Positions 47,798 through 61,562 of a stretch of DNA of 64,000 bases are shown here, one piece after another. Both the position numbers and the translations under genes were made by a program. Under the pieces are notes generated by a model. That model ran no database searches. It saw nothing but the letters and a program-made list of their open reading frames with translations, and had not been told where the DNA came from. The stretch is from Mustelus asterias (Eukaryota): contig NC_135822.1 in NCBI RefSeq assembly GCF_964213995.1, positions 59,830,001 through 59,894,000 on the forward strand, written 5' to 3'. Positions within the stretch are counted from its first letter, which is position 1, and every line of letters begins with the position of its first letter.

Positions 47798-48086
47798 GTA
47801 TATTTCTAAAGAAGCTTTTGAAAGCTATTTTAAAAAGAAGGTTCTGCTAGATTTGTCTGATAGGTTATGTTTTATTATATTATTAATGAACTGCAAATTA
47901 TTCACTATATACAAATTTTATAAACAGGTATTTGTTGCCCTTTCATGCAAAATGTATCTCTTAGCTCAGTAACCATTAGTCAATCTCAATTTTATTGGCA
48001 TTTTCAGTGTAATGTCTCGTTTGGGTTAGATTTCTCTGTCTCATTCCTTAATTGATTTTTTTGTGTTTGATTCTTTTTCCCTGCAG

Positions 48087-48143
48087 GTGGGGAACAAGGA
48101 CAATACAAAAGCTCAGAGAAAGAAGCAAACACTGGCTGAAAAG
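48087..48143 (+). other. Candidate 57-bp internal exon of an unidentified host gene
   Basis: Strong acceptor TTCTTTTTCCCTGCAG| and donor AAG|GTAAAT; purine-rich body. Confidence 0.6.
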
Positions 48144-49769
48144 GTAAATACATGGCATTATGAAAGCCTTACTTTTACACGGACAATTTGTTTATTTGAG
48201 AAAGATCAGAGCTCTGATTCTAATAGCGAGTGTGAAAACCAACAGGGAAACATTTTCTTCATGCAGCTTTAAATAAATATTTGTTGTGTTCAGAACCAAA
48301 TTGCATTTTATCTTTTTAATGTGAAGGAGTTGAAGTACATTCCATAATGTGGCCAACAAAAAACCTTCATTATCAGACAGCAGGAAAATGTAGATTATGT
48401 ACTGGAAGACAATAATTTTGTACGACGGCATATGTAGCCAAAGCTAATGGTGCATAAACAAAGGAAGCACTGAGCCACATATGCTATAAAATATCAAAAC
48501 ATACATAAGTCTCCATGAAAATACTGGAGCAGATTCTGTAAAAAAGAGACTCGGCTTACGCGGCAAAGTTTCAAATCTATGTACCAGACTGAATTTAGAT
48601 TCGCTAATTAATAACCTCTGTACAAAGTTAGTGTTATAATACATTTCAGTTACTTTTTCAATAATGCCATGGTGCTTTTTTGTTCCTTTAAGGTCTAGTA
48701 GATGTTTTTGTTCAGCATGGGGAGATGTGCCAAGGTTATGCTTTAACAGGCTGTTAACCTTATAAATGCTGAACTTCCTTTGCACCTTGCAGCCATAGGT
48801 TGATGTTCCTCTTAAATGAGAACACGACAAAGCTTTCATTGTTTTCAAAATTTAACAAATAAAATATGCAAAGAATTGTATCTGAGCTGAAATGTCATCC
48901 ATTGGGATTTTGTTTTACTGTTTGATGGAACTGAAAATTCCACCTGTACTTAAAGAGTTAACAGATGCATTTTTTTTTAGGTAATGTAATTATAGAAAGG
49001 GGCTGTCTGGAGGGGCACTCTGTTGCAGTGTGCTTGATTTCTTAAGCAATTCCCCTGTGAAGTACTGTTCTGTTGTTACCCCTACTCTTTTTAAATAAGA
49101 ATTTCAAATTTATACAATAACAGAAAAACAGTCTGTATTTAAACTTTTTGAATTAATAGCTGGAGTGTTTTATAATGTACATCATACATTCTTTAATGCT
49201 TAAATTAACAAGGCATTTAATTTGTTCATGAGTCAGTTGTTAGTTGTGCATTATATGATGCATTTGCTCAAAGGTTGGTTGTCCCAAAAATAATCTCGCG
49301 ATAATTTTCAAGGGTCGGGTTTGTCTTGGTCTATTATTTTAAAAGGAAGTAACTGACAGACAAAGTTACTGAATCAATCATTAATATATTTCGAGATTTG
49401 CATGTATACATTGCTCAATAATCTGCCAGCAATTGCCTTTATTTGGTTATCTTTCTTTGATGATAAAGTGCTGTATTTTCTATTTAGTTGTCTGAAATCA
49501 ATAAATATTTGTGAAATGCTGAAGCCTTAGGCTGGCAGGCAACTTGGATCTCATTGTAGAGGTATACAAACAATATTGATGACAATTGCATCACACACTA
49601 AAACAATTTAAGTTTCTATTTATAAATTAAATATGAATATTGTGCATTTTGCAAAATTTTGAAGTCGAAGAACAACTTACGAATGAGATTAAATTGGAGA
49701 AGCAAGTGGTAGCTCCACACAAATAATTCCTGGCTTTTACTGCTGGTACTGAAATTCTGTTTAGCTCTG

Positions 49770-49960
49770 ACACTCACGTGGTTAAGAGGCCCTGTGGAAA
49801 GGTTAGAGAGATGGCATGCTTGCTGTTTGGCAGGCAGTCTTGGCAAGTCATGCTGGTTGCACGCACATGGGTTTGAGGTTTACAAACAGTATTTCTGCAC
49901 ACGTCATCCGTGAGTCATCATATCAGGGAATGTAGCTCAAGGACCGTACAGGAGGCGCAC
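49770..49960. promoter_or_regulatory. Candidate intronic enhancer
   Basis: Cluster of CACGTG, TGAGTCA (AP-1), ACGTCA (CRE half-site), GGAATG (TEAD) and GTTTAC (forkhead) in AT-rich unique DNA. Confidence 0.35.
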
Positions 49961-50779
49961 TAATAATAGATAGTTTATTTTAATCAAATGAAAAAAAAAT
50001 CATACTACTCCGAGAGTGGATTTTTCTCTAAAAGAGAAGCACCTTCATTTTGCAACTGGAAACTTCCATTTGAATTCCATTTTTTTTAAAGAAATATTTG
50101 TCAGATAGAGCCTCTGGCACCCTATTTCAACAGGTGTTCTTCTGTTGCTTGTCAATGAATAATCGAGTCATGTTATTCTTTTCCATTAAGTCTGAGGTGA
50201 GAGATAAGTTTCTAAAAAAACTCTTTCAATTGCGCTGAAATGAACATAGTGGAAGTTCACTTTGTGTCTCTAATTTAAAGTACAGTTGATCAAATCATAA
50301 TTTCGAACGAGGCTTAAATATTGTAACATACTTCCCGGTAGTCACAGGGAGAATGAAAATAATTCAACAAAGTGAAAAACATGGATAACCCGTAAACTTC
50401 AGTCCTTTTTATGCATTCACAAAAAGGGCAAAGGATCAATGCACTGATCTGTGTTTGAACCTGGTTTCATTTTTAGTTATATATCATTATTTTATTAATC
50501 TACAAAAGACAAAATTTTTCTGTATCAAATACCCCTGTATGTTACAAAAATAAAATTATTTTAAATAATTTTCTGTTCAGATTCTGCCCTGTATTTTTAA
50601 GCAATTGCTATAGATTCCTTTCTGCTGAAGAGCTTGCAGATTGAAATAGTTTCATCATCTGCAGTTCTAAAATGATAACTTGATTATAAGAAACATGTGG
50701 ACCCACAAAGAAGTTAATACCCACTATATCTGCTGAGGGTTATGCCTTAAGAAGGCTTTATTGAACAAAGCTGATGATT

Positions 50780-51570
50780 GTTCACTGAAAATTGCACAAT
50801 GTTCAGCACCATTCGCAACTCCTCAGATACTGAAGCGGCCGGTGCCCATAGGAAGTTGAGAGATGGACAACATTCAGGTATGGGCTGATAAGTGGCAAGT
50901 AAAATTCATGCCTCACAAGTGTCAGGCAATGACCATCTCCAACAAGAGAATCCAACTATCTCCCCTTGACATTCAAGGTATTAGCTTTCCTGAATCCCCC
51001 ACTTTCAACATTCTGGGACCATTATCAAGAAACTGAACTGGACCAGCTATATAAACACTGTGGCTACAAGAGCATGTCAGAGGCTGGAAACTCTGCGGCA
51101 AGTTGCTTTGATGAATGCAGCTCCAACACTCAAGACGTTCAACACTACCCAGGACAAGATAGCCTGCTTGATTGGCAGCCCCTCCACAAACATTCACTCC
51201 CTCCACCACTGACTCACAGTGGCAGCAGTGTGTACCATATACAAGATGCACTGCAGCAACTCATCAAGGCTCCTTGGATAGCATCTTCCAAATTGCAACC
51301 TCAACCACTTTGAAGGAAAAGGCAGCAGATGCACGGGAAGACCATCACCTGCAAGTTCCACTGCAAGCCACACACCATCCTGGCTTATATCCATATTGCT
51401 GTTCCTTCACCGTCAGTGGGTCAAAATCCTGGAACTCCCTTTCTAACAATACTGTGGGTGTACCTAAACCACATGGACTGACTCACCTGCTCCTTCTCAA
51501 GGGAAATTAGGGAAGAGCAATAAATTCTGGCCCAGCCAGCAATGCCCACATTCCTGAAAGAATGAAAAAA
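50780..51570 (+). mobile_element. Old CR1-group LINE 3' fragment
   Basis: DNIQVWADKWQVKF.P.KCQAMTISNKR; tail AATTAGGG..GCAATAAA..CTGGCC.AGCCAGC..TGCCCACAT. Confidence 0.7.
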
Positions 51571-52159
51571 ACTACTGATTTTCAATGAAAATAACAATTG
51601 CACAGTCCTTCTATCTCAACTTATTAGCTTTCACATTTACTTGTATTATAAATAAAGTTATGACAGATCACTCAGTGTTCACAATTATTCCTTGGATGCA
51701 GCACTCTGGTGTATCTACATCACATAAACTGCAGCAATTCAAGATGGTTCACCACCACTTTTTTATCAAGGATAATTAGGGATGGGCAATAAATGCTGGC
51801 CTTGCCAGCGATGCTCACTTTGAAAGAATGAATAAGAATACATTACTGTGAAGAGACAGGAATCAGGAGTCATTCTGCCAGTTTTGCCATGAGTTGTAAT
51901 GATAAAGGTAACCTGTAATTACATGTCAATAGTAGATCTTGTTGAATAATGGAAAGATTGTCCTCAAAATACAAAACATTAGCAAAACAAAGGTTATTGC
52001 AGCATATCAAACAAAAGTAACGTTTGTAATTAAATTGTATAATATTTAATTTTTTGCCTTTATCATTACTCAACTAGAGCTTCATTGTCTTCCACATTAC
52101 TGGGGACTTGAAGACAGTGTTGAACTCATTGTCAATGTTTACTCTTTAATTGACTTAAT

Positions 52160-52600
52160 ATTGGCCTTGGAGGGGCTGCAGCACAGATTCACCAGAGTGA
52201 CGCTGGTTCTAAAGGAGTTAAATAATGAGGACAGGTTATACAGAATAGGCGAGTGTTCCCTTGAGTATAGAAGATAAGGGTAATCTGATAGAGGTGTTGA
52301 AGATGATCAAAGGATTTGATAAGATATTCTCTTTTGGGAGAGTGCTAAACAATGGCACATAACCTTAAAATTAGAGGTAGGGAGTTCAACGGTGATGTCA
52401 GGAAGCACTTTTTCCACACACGGTTTGTGGAAATCTGAGCTTTCTCTCCCAACAAGCTGTATTTTTGTTGGGCAAGTTGGGAAGCAATGCAGATAGATGG
52501 CGTTAAAATCCAAATCAGCCATGCTTCAACAGAATGGTGGAACTGGCTCAAGGGAGTGAATGGCCTCCTCCTTGGCGTGTGTTCCTATTTGTTCTATATG
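52160..52600 (+). mobile_element. Old CR1 3' fragment
   Basis: LEGLQHRFTRV, GNLIEV remnants; GAATGGCCTCCTCCT tail. Confidence 0.65.
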
Positions 52601-53308
52601 GCAGCTGGGACATGGTTTGCAGGTTGAGAATGCCATTTCCTATGAAAACCTCCATGAAGTTTGCACTCAACAATTTTTTTTTCTCTTTAATTACATTTGC
52701 TCAAATATATCAAAATAGTCTTCCATTTCCAATTAAAACATGCCAATTAGCTGTGAATGAACTATTTGTAGAGATGTCTATGACAATCCTACCTTGTATT
52801 TCTCCTTAAAACAAATTGGATTTCAGGATTTTCAAAAGTCAAATCTACTAAATTACCCCATTATCTGAAATTTCTCAATATCATTGATAACATGTGAAGA
52901 GGCTAAAAATAAACAGGTTCAATCACCTGTAACATTTTCCAAAAGAAAGTTCTCCTGTGTACAATTGTTAAGTTAGCCATAGGGTCCACTTTCCTTCACC
53001 AAGGATCCCACACCCTACCTACCAGCGCTCATCCACCTAATGTTATCTTTGCTCAGTTAAATTTGCATTTTTCAATGACATAGTAACCAATTTTGTGAGC
53101 CAAGATCACCAAATAAAATACAGTAAGATTTGGTCCATAAAATACCACTTTATTATTGGTCAGTAGTTTATACAGAACATGTGTCCACCTGTCCAATGGT
53201 TTACATATGCTACTTTCTGATTCTAATAACCTAGACCACATGAACTACAGCAGTTCAAAAAGGTGGCTCATCTCCACTTTCCCAGCTAAATTAGGGATGA
53301 ATGGCCAA

Positions 53309-54157
53309 TGTTATAATTCAAGTCAAAAACTCCAAAGTGGTTTATGAAGTCCTCCTGGATCATAAGTTTTGCAATTTGAATTTGGCTGGGGTAAGCATGA
53401 GATGTTTCACTTCAGAATGATTCAAATGACCCACTAGGAAGCTTTTATCAAAAGTTTATTACAGAATACAGTTAATATGTATAGAAAGAGAATTAGCAAT
53501 AACTTTTACCAATTACAAACAAGAAAAAAACCAACCATGATATTGTGTAAACCTTAACAGCTAAATACCGTTCCAATCAAACAAATCCCATGAACAAAAC
53601 TTCTGCCACAGGTTTAGCACAGAAAATATGAATGCTCACATGATGCTGGAACTTAGTCCCGTGGTTGGATACTGCAGTTCTCTTGATACACACACAAACT
53701 TGAAGTCAGAACAGCTTCACAAAACCAGGCAGAGAGAGAGAAAGTGAGAGAGGCTCTAGTTACTAGCTAGCAAACCACCAACAACAGAATTTTCACTCCA
53801 GGAAGGCCAGGTGACCCGCTTCCAGCTAGCCAGCAGAATTTACAATCCCATGGAGAGAGAAGCACTGCTTTACAGCCTGATGTCCAAACACCTTCTAACT
53901 AAGGAGCAGTCAGCAGCTAAACTGAAAATGAAACCTTCAATTAATGATGAAAAAAAACTGTCCAGAACACATGATCTGCCACCCCAGTCACAAATTCCAA
54001 GTCAGTGCATGAGGCCCAGATTAAAAAAATAAAACCTACTTAAACCATTGAAGCAACAATAAAAAGCACTTCTAGCAGACAGCTCGGCAACAATATAAAA
54101 AAACTGCTTACAAACTGCAGAGAACATGATTTAAAAAAAAACATTTCCAGCATCACA
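53309..54157. mobile_element. Probable solo LTR
   Basis: TG...CA ends, flanks CCAA/CCTA; interrupts a LINE/SINE tail (AATTAGGGATG | AAATGCTGGCC). Confidence 0.45.
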
Positions 54158-55199
54158 CCTATACATCAAATGCTGGCCTAACCAGTGACACCCACATCCC
54201 ATGAAAGAAAAAAATACCATTACGTTGCTCATCTCTACCCCTAACTCTACCCCTTTAATGCTGAAATCATAATTTTTGCATTTGTCACTTTTAACCTTGA
54301 TGATTGGAATGTTCTTCTACCTGGTCTGTCATTCGCCATCCTCTATGAACTTGTTTGATTTCAAACTCTGCTCCCCATATCCAATTCTGCACAGGCCTCA
54401 TATCAGATCTCAGTTGCCCAATGCCCCTGTCCTTAGTAACCCATACTGGCTTCTGGATCGCCCAGTGAATAAAATTTACATCCTCATATTTACTTGCCTA
54501 TATGGCCTCACCTCTCCCTATCTCTTTACCCACCTTCACCCCTATAATTGCCAAACACCCTTTCCCTCCAATACTGGCATTTTCTGCTCCTCTCAATATC
54601 ACCACTCTGCAACTTACACACAGACATTCTACACACTTTGTGAAATTCCCTCTCTATAACCCTCAACCTTTCCACCTGTCCCCATTTAAACCATCCCCCC
54701 CCCCACTCCCCCGCCGCCCCAGCCAACCCACTTTTTAATATATACTTTATGGCCTGGATTTTTAGGATTTTGGGGTTTCCCTTCCTACCATCCAAAAAGA
54801 TAGTGATGAATATACTCCCATTGATACCGGCTGCCCCGTCAGTTCAATATTCAGAGAGATGTTACGTTAAATACACATATTCCATTGCGCCTATTTTGAC
54901 ACATGACTTGTACATGAATTTCTCTGGTAAAAATTAATTGTTCAAATCTGAAGTTCCCTGTGCACAGAAAAATAAAGGATTCATGAATTAACTTGAACAA
55001 TATTAGATGCTGATTAAACTGTTACTACAGATTATCACATAAAACACTTATTTGGGAGTGGAACATTTAGATCTTGATTCTCCAATTGTGCCAAAAGTTT
55101 TCCGTCACTCCCACCTACCCAGAACCCTGACAGAGATGGCTCATTCTGGGTTATGGTCCTATAGTTTTTATTCATTTACCATCATCGTCATGTGTGTTC

Positions 55200-55500
55200 T
55201 TCCTAAAGGCAGATCCTTGACTCAAGGGAGGTTTTCCATATCTTCCTATTCTATTCATTTGCCAAAAAATTCCTTCAGTTTTCAAGCCATCTTTTTCTTC
55301 TTCTTCATCTTCTAGAAATCTTCCCTTCATAACCTCTTTTATCCGCCCATTTCCTCTTATGTTGTGCCCTATCCAGTCTCTCTGTTTTTTCCGAATTATG
55401 TTCAACAAATGTCTTTGTTCACTCTCCTCATCATTTTCTACTTTTACTGTTCAGCAGGTCCTTTGCATTCTCCTCCAAACCCGCATTTTAAAGCTATTCA
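55200..55500 (-). mobile_element. RTE-clade LINE relic
   Basis: MRVWRRM....LLNIIRKKQRDWIGH.IR resembles the RTE RT C-terminus. Confidence 0.55.
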
Positions 55501-55767
55501 TACATTCAGGCTGCAGGCTTAAATAGCGACTATTGCCACAATATTTGTAAATGAGGTTGAGCCTAGTCCTATTTATACCCAATACATATCACTATATAAT
55601 GATCAGAAGTGCAACCCTGTCAGATTTTCTACCACTTTTCTGAACCATGGTCATTTAGCCCACCTTATCATAAGCCACAGAGTAAACTTTGGATCTCATT
55701 GTTTTGTACACTTGACTGGTGCATTTATCCTCAAAGCCATTCGGGCAACCTGGTGGCAGCAGTGCCA

Positions 55768-56100
55768 GGGTGGCACGGTGGCACAGTGGTTAGCACTGCT
55801 ACATCACAGCACCAGAGACATGGCCTTTGCTGACTGTGTAGAGTTTGCATGTTTTCCCTTTGTCTACATGTGTTTCCTCCTACTGTCCAAAGATGTGCGG
55901 GTTAGTTAGATTGGCCATGACAAATTGCCCCTTACTGTCCAAAGATATATAGGTTACGTGGATTAGACATGGTAAATGCGCAGAGTTACATGGATAGGGC
56001 GGGAGAGGGGGCCTGGATAAGCTACTCTGTCAGAAAGTCAGTGCAGACTCGATGGGCCAAATGGCCTCGTCTGCACTGTTGACATTCTATGGATTCTATG
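55768..56100 (+). mobile_element. HE1-like V-SINE with CR1-type tail
   Basis: Box A head, partial V-domain, GATGGGCCAAATGGCCTC..(ATTCTATGG)n. Confidence 0.8.
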
Positions 56101-58383
56101 GAACCCTTAAAATGTGTTGTTTTGTTTCCTAAATAGCTGACAAAACTGTGTTAGGTAATTTAGCATCACTGTCCTGACCTAATTTACCTCCATATGTCTA
56201 AAATAGCTCAACTATTTGAACATGTAAATGTGAGAGAGGTATAAGCATTTGAGTGGATAGATTTATCTGACAAGTGTCACCATATGGGATATGATCTGTT
56301 TTGAATCAGGACTTCTCAGCTTCTGTAACAAATGTCTATCTTTGCACTGCACTCATACATTGGTTTGTATAATGTTCTAAGTATCTATCAATTATCCTGC
56401 AAGCTATATTCAACATGTGCACCAGATGATTTGTGTTCTTCACACCGGAATGCACTGAGACTTTGTGAACTGATTTAATCAGTTCCTTATGTAATGGCTT
56501 ATAGAGCAATACACATAGAACCCCTAGACATGAGCAGTAATATTGGAGAAATGTCTGGAAGCAAAAGACATGACATGACCATGACCACTGGAGCTGGATA
56601 TTATTCAAACTTTTGCTTCATCAGATGTTTTCAATACGTGGTGCAAAATACACTACCTGAACTATGTTAGATTTATCTAAATTATGAAAAGATAATTTAA
56701 CATAATACACACAAGTTCATTGAGTCTGATGTAGAAACAAATAGTTACAATTGTTTCACCTGTTCTACCAACACATTTCAAACATATAAAAGAATATCAC
56801 AAGGAAAACTCATACATAGCGCAGGTATGAATGTGACGACCAGTAACTGTAGGTCCCTTCGGAAAATGAAGTGGAAACGTACCAGTATTTAAACTTGTTT
56901 TTTTTGATTACCTAGATACCACACCACTCACCACCAGTGATTTTCAGAGAATTCCAAAAATTTACCTCAGAATGATGCATACTAATGTATTAAGAAATCG
57001 TGCTTCTAATGTGGAGCTTGACCTGATTTAGTAACTTGGGCAAATGCTCCCACTATTATTTGTTCATTAGTTTCATGAGTTTCAGATATTCACTCCCAGT
57101 GATGATGCTCTGAATTTGGGAGTACAATTTTGTAAGATTCCGCTAAATTTCCTACTTGGTTACAGCACTGAGCCCAGCACAGAACCAAAATCATTTTACC
57201 ATCTATTCCCCTCTTAAGAAACCATATTAAAAATTCAGGGGAAATGCGTTTTGGAAGGGCAGTACAAAGCAATTAGATAATAGTTGATAATGTCATCAAT
57301 AAGGGAAGATTGCAGTGATCTTAATGGTCCTAATTCATGGGACAGCCCTGGTAAATAAAAAAATAGAATAATAGGTTATTTTTAATTTGTTTTGCTGTGT
57401 AGCTATTAGTTACTGGTGAAGGCTATCATAAATTATGTAAGCTTTTACTGCTTTTTATTGATGAGTATTGGCAAACATGAGCCTATGTTCAAGCAAGATA
57501 TACCAACTGCAGACAAGTCACACTGAAGAAATTCCTCCTCATCTGAGTCCTAAATAGTCTGCCCCTTATTCTGCGACAGTATCCACTACTTCTATCCTTA
57601 CCAGCCAGAGGAAACGTGGGGTGAGATTCTCTGGCCTCCCCTCAGCGTTTTTCTTGGCGGCAGGAGGCGGTGACGACGGGATCTTCTGATTCTGCCACTG
57701 TCAATGGGAATTCCCATTGAAGCTGAAATAACTCCCATGAGGCTGGTGTCCTTTCATTAAATTCAGATTTATTTACAATAGTTAGTAATACTTAGACAGG
57801 TACTTTCCAGTACAGAGTATATGCTCTGAGTGCCGGTGAGCCGGACATTTCACATTATATACTGCCACAGAGCTTCTGGATTGGACAGCATTAACTACCT
57901 CAATCAGGGAGCTCATATTCTAACTTGGAACTCGTTAAAGTCATTACATCCCTCCCCATCAAGGTCTGAGGATCCTCGGCAAGTTGTTTGCCTATGAGCC
58001 TCTTGCAGCATTTCAATGCTGGTTCCGGTTCCTCCAGCTCTGCAATGGAAGCAGACGGGGTGTAGCAGACCAGAGCTCACCTCTTTCGTCTCGAGCTTCA
58101 AGGCATGGGTTCATCCTCTTCATTGGGTGAGAAGGGAGTTGATGAGGCTAAGTCTGCCGTGTCCATTTTGGACTTCGAGGTTCCCATGACCAGAGACAGA
58201 GAATGTTTTTCCTAGGCTTCCGATATGCTCGATATGGATTGTTCCGGCATGGCCCGGGGCTTAAAGGCTTTTAAACAGTTGAGGTGTTTTCATAGGATGG
58301 TATCTCCCACTCGGACTTTGTAGGAATCCAGTCCTGTCCTCGAGTCGCGGGGCCATTCCCATTATTCTTTAATAACACCCTGT

Positions 58384-59121
58384 CATAAGAACATAAGAAC
58401 ATAAGAAATAGGAGCAGGAGTAGGCCATCTAGCCCCTCGAGCCTGCCCCGCCATTCAATAAGATCATGGCTGATCTGACGTGGATCAGTACCACTTACCC
58501 GCCTGATCCCCATAACCCTTAATTCCCTTACCGATCAGGAATCCATCCATCCGCGCTTTAAACATATTCAGCGAGGTAGCCTCCACCACCTCAGTGGGCA
58601 GAGAATTCCAGAGATTCACCACCCTCTGGGAGAAGAAGTTCCTCCTCAACTCTGTCTTAAACCGACCCCCCTTTATTTTGAGGCTGTGTCCTCTAGTTTT
58701 AACTTCGTTACTAAGTGGAAAGAATCTCTCCGCCTCCACCCTATCCAGCCCCCGCATTATCTTATAAGTCTCCATAAGATCCCTCCTCATCCTTCTAAAC
58801 TCCAACGAGTACAAACCCAATCTCCTCAGCCTCTCCTCATAATCCAAACCCCTCATCTCCGGTATCAACCTGGTGAACCTTCTCTGCACTCCCTCCAATG
58901 CCAATATATCCTTCCTCATATAAGGGGACCAATACTGCACACAGTATTCCAGCTGCGGCCTCACCAATGCCCTGTACAGGTGCATCAAGACATCCCTGCT
59001 TTTATATTCTATCCCCCTCGCAATATAGGCCAACATCCCATTTGCCTTCTTGATCACCTGTTGTACCTGCAGACTGGGCTTTTGCGTCTCATGCACAAGG
59101 ACCCCCAGGTCCCTTTGCACG
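58384..59121 (-). mobile_element. Young 5'-truncated CR1 inside the Gypsy element
   Basis: Open 211-aa RT C-terminus (58485-59120); (GTTCTTAT)n tail. Confidence 0.9.
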
Positions 59122-61489
59122 GTCGCCTGCTTTTAGGTATTTCTCCCAGATGGTGTTGTTGTAAGCCTTTCCTCCCTCCCTCGGGAAGATCCGGCTCAGC
59201 CTGTTTATGGTGTCATCTGCGCATGAGCAACTCTGCTGGGGCTATTCCGGTAGTTGCATGGGGGTGGTCGTCCTGAAATTAAAGAGGAATCTGGACAGTT
59301 TGGTGTCCAAGGAGGCTGCGGGCTTTTAAAGTCTGGATCGCTCTTTCTGCCAGGCCGTTAGATGATAGGTGATATGTTGAATTCCATTCGACTTCATAAA
59401 ATAAGCAAATTCCTGGCTGGTAAAGGATGGTCCACTGTCAGAAACCAGCACCTCTGGGATCCCATGTGTCACAAAAGAGTTGTGAACTTTCTCCACTGTC
59501 ATTCTTATGTTTGATGAATTCGCCCTGTGTACGCTCATCCATTTTGAGTGAACATCTACCATTACAAGGAACGTTGAACTCATGAACGGACTGGCAGTTG
59601 ATGTGTAGCAAAGTTCACAGCCTTCCCAGCCATTCCCAAGGGCACAGAGGAGCTGCTGATGATAGCTTCTGCCCTTGTTGACACTTATCCACGAGCGAGG
59701 CTATGTCCGTAACCATTCCTGGCCATCAGACATAGCATCTTGCAAGCATTTTCATTTTTGTCACTCCTGGGTAGCCATAGTGAAGTTCGGCCAGGAATGG
59801 ACAGCGACCCTGGCTCGCGATGACAACTCTGGAGCCCATAGGCATATGCCATCTTCCATGGTCAGCTACTCTCTCCAGCTCCAGTATGGATGAAATGCGG
59901 GTTGTAATAACCTGTTTCCCCTGTCAATGGTAACTGTTTCAATTTCGTGAGGACTGGGTCTTTTTGCATCCACAGCTGAATATTATTTGCTGCCACTAGG
60001 AGAGTTTCCTAAAAGTTCATTGTCATCGCTGTCTCTTTCATTGGGGGTACCACTGTTGAGGTGTCTGCTAACAGTAGCCAACTCAAGGCACCTGCATTGG
60101 CTACTTGGCCTCCTGCACAGTGTTCCAATCAATAATTGTAGGTGGCCGGTAATAAAGCCCACTGGTGGATTTTTGCCTATGCTACTGGCGGCACCGGCTT
60201 GTCCTTCTTTAGCAGTCCGAGGCTTGTAGTCCATGATAATGACGAATTTTCACCTATTCAGGAATTTCTTAATATCACCGTCAACCTTTTTTTTTCAATG
60301 TGGGTGTATTTGCATTCCACAATAGCCAAGGTCTTAGAAGAATACGCAATTGGGCGTTCATTTCCATTTGGCCACCTGTGTGCCAATACCACTCCGATTC
60401 CATACGGGGACGCATCGCAGGTCAGTTGTACTTCTTTCTGAGATCGTAATGTGCCACAACATTTGTCAAGGAAAGTTATTGCTTTACTTTACTGAAAGCC
60501 AAGGATTGACTAGAAACCCACTCCCAAAGCTGAAGCTTTTTCAGTAGTTGGTGTAATGGGGCCAGGATGAAGGCAGGGTTGGGTATAAATTTCCCCTAAT
60601 AGGTTACCAATGCCAGAAATTATTTTAGTTCCAGGATGGATGTGGGAGCCTTTGATCGCCTGCACCTTGTCTTCCAAAGGGTGTAGACCAGATTTGTCAA
60701 CTCTGTTGTCAGATATGTCACTTGGGGGACCTGGGATACACATTTCTCCTTTCTTAGGCATATGCATGCCTTGGAAAGTCGACTTAGGACTTCTTCAACG
60801 TTCACTAGGTGTTCCAAATTTGTTTTTCCTGTTATGAGGACATCATCCAGGTAAATAGCAACCTGAGGTAGATCTTGTAAGATGTTCTCCATTGTTCACT
60901 AGAAAATTGCACAGGCTGACGATACTCCAAATGACAGTCTAGTGTATTGGTATATGCCTTTATGAGTATGAATGGTTGAATATCTCTGGGAGTTCTTGTC
61001 TAGCTGTAATTGTAAGTATGCGAGACTCATATCAAGTTTCGAAAAGGAGCATCCTCCTGCCAAATTCACATATAAGTCCTTGATCCAAGGGATCGGGTAT
61101 TTACCCAGCTGCGAGAAATGGTTTACTGTTGTTAATCCCTGGAAAGGCGGACTGAGACCAGTATGACCAGTGCTGCCCATTCCGCCAGTTGGACTGCTTT
61201 GATGGTCCCTTCCAGATTCCAGTTTTCCGTAAGGCAAATGATACTGGGTGGGCTTTGCAAAATCGCAGAATCGCTTCCTGGTCAACATGTAAAGTCGCCT
61301 TCGCTCCTTCGATAGTTGCTAGGCCTTCCTGGAAAACATCAGTGTATTTAAGCAGGACTTTTCAAAGGTGGCCATTCTCTACCTGAAAAATATTGAGCCA
61401 ATCGAGGTGGATCTTTCACAACCATTAAGCGTGGGCCTGAGTCTTCCACTACAATAATTGGTAACCGAACCCGTTGCCTTTCATAGAAA

Positions 61490-61562
61490 CCCTACAGTGC
61501 AGAAGGAGGCCATTCGGCCCATCGAGTCTGCACCGACCACAATCCCACCCAGGCCCTACCCC
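61490..61562 (-). mobile_element. SINE/CR1 tail-only insertion
   Basis: CATTCGGCCCATCGAGTCTGCACCGACCACAATCCCACCCAGGCCC matches ~4480-4525. Confidence 0.7.
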
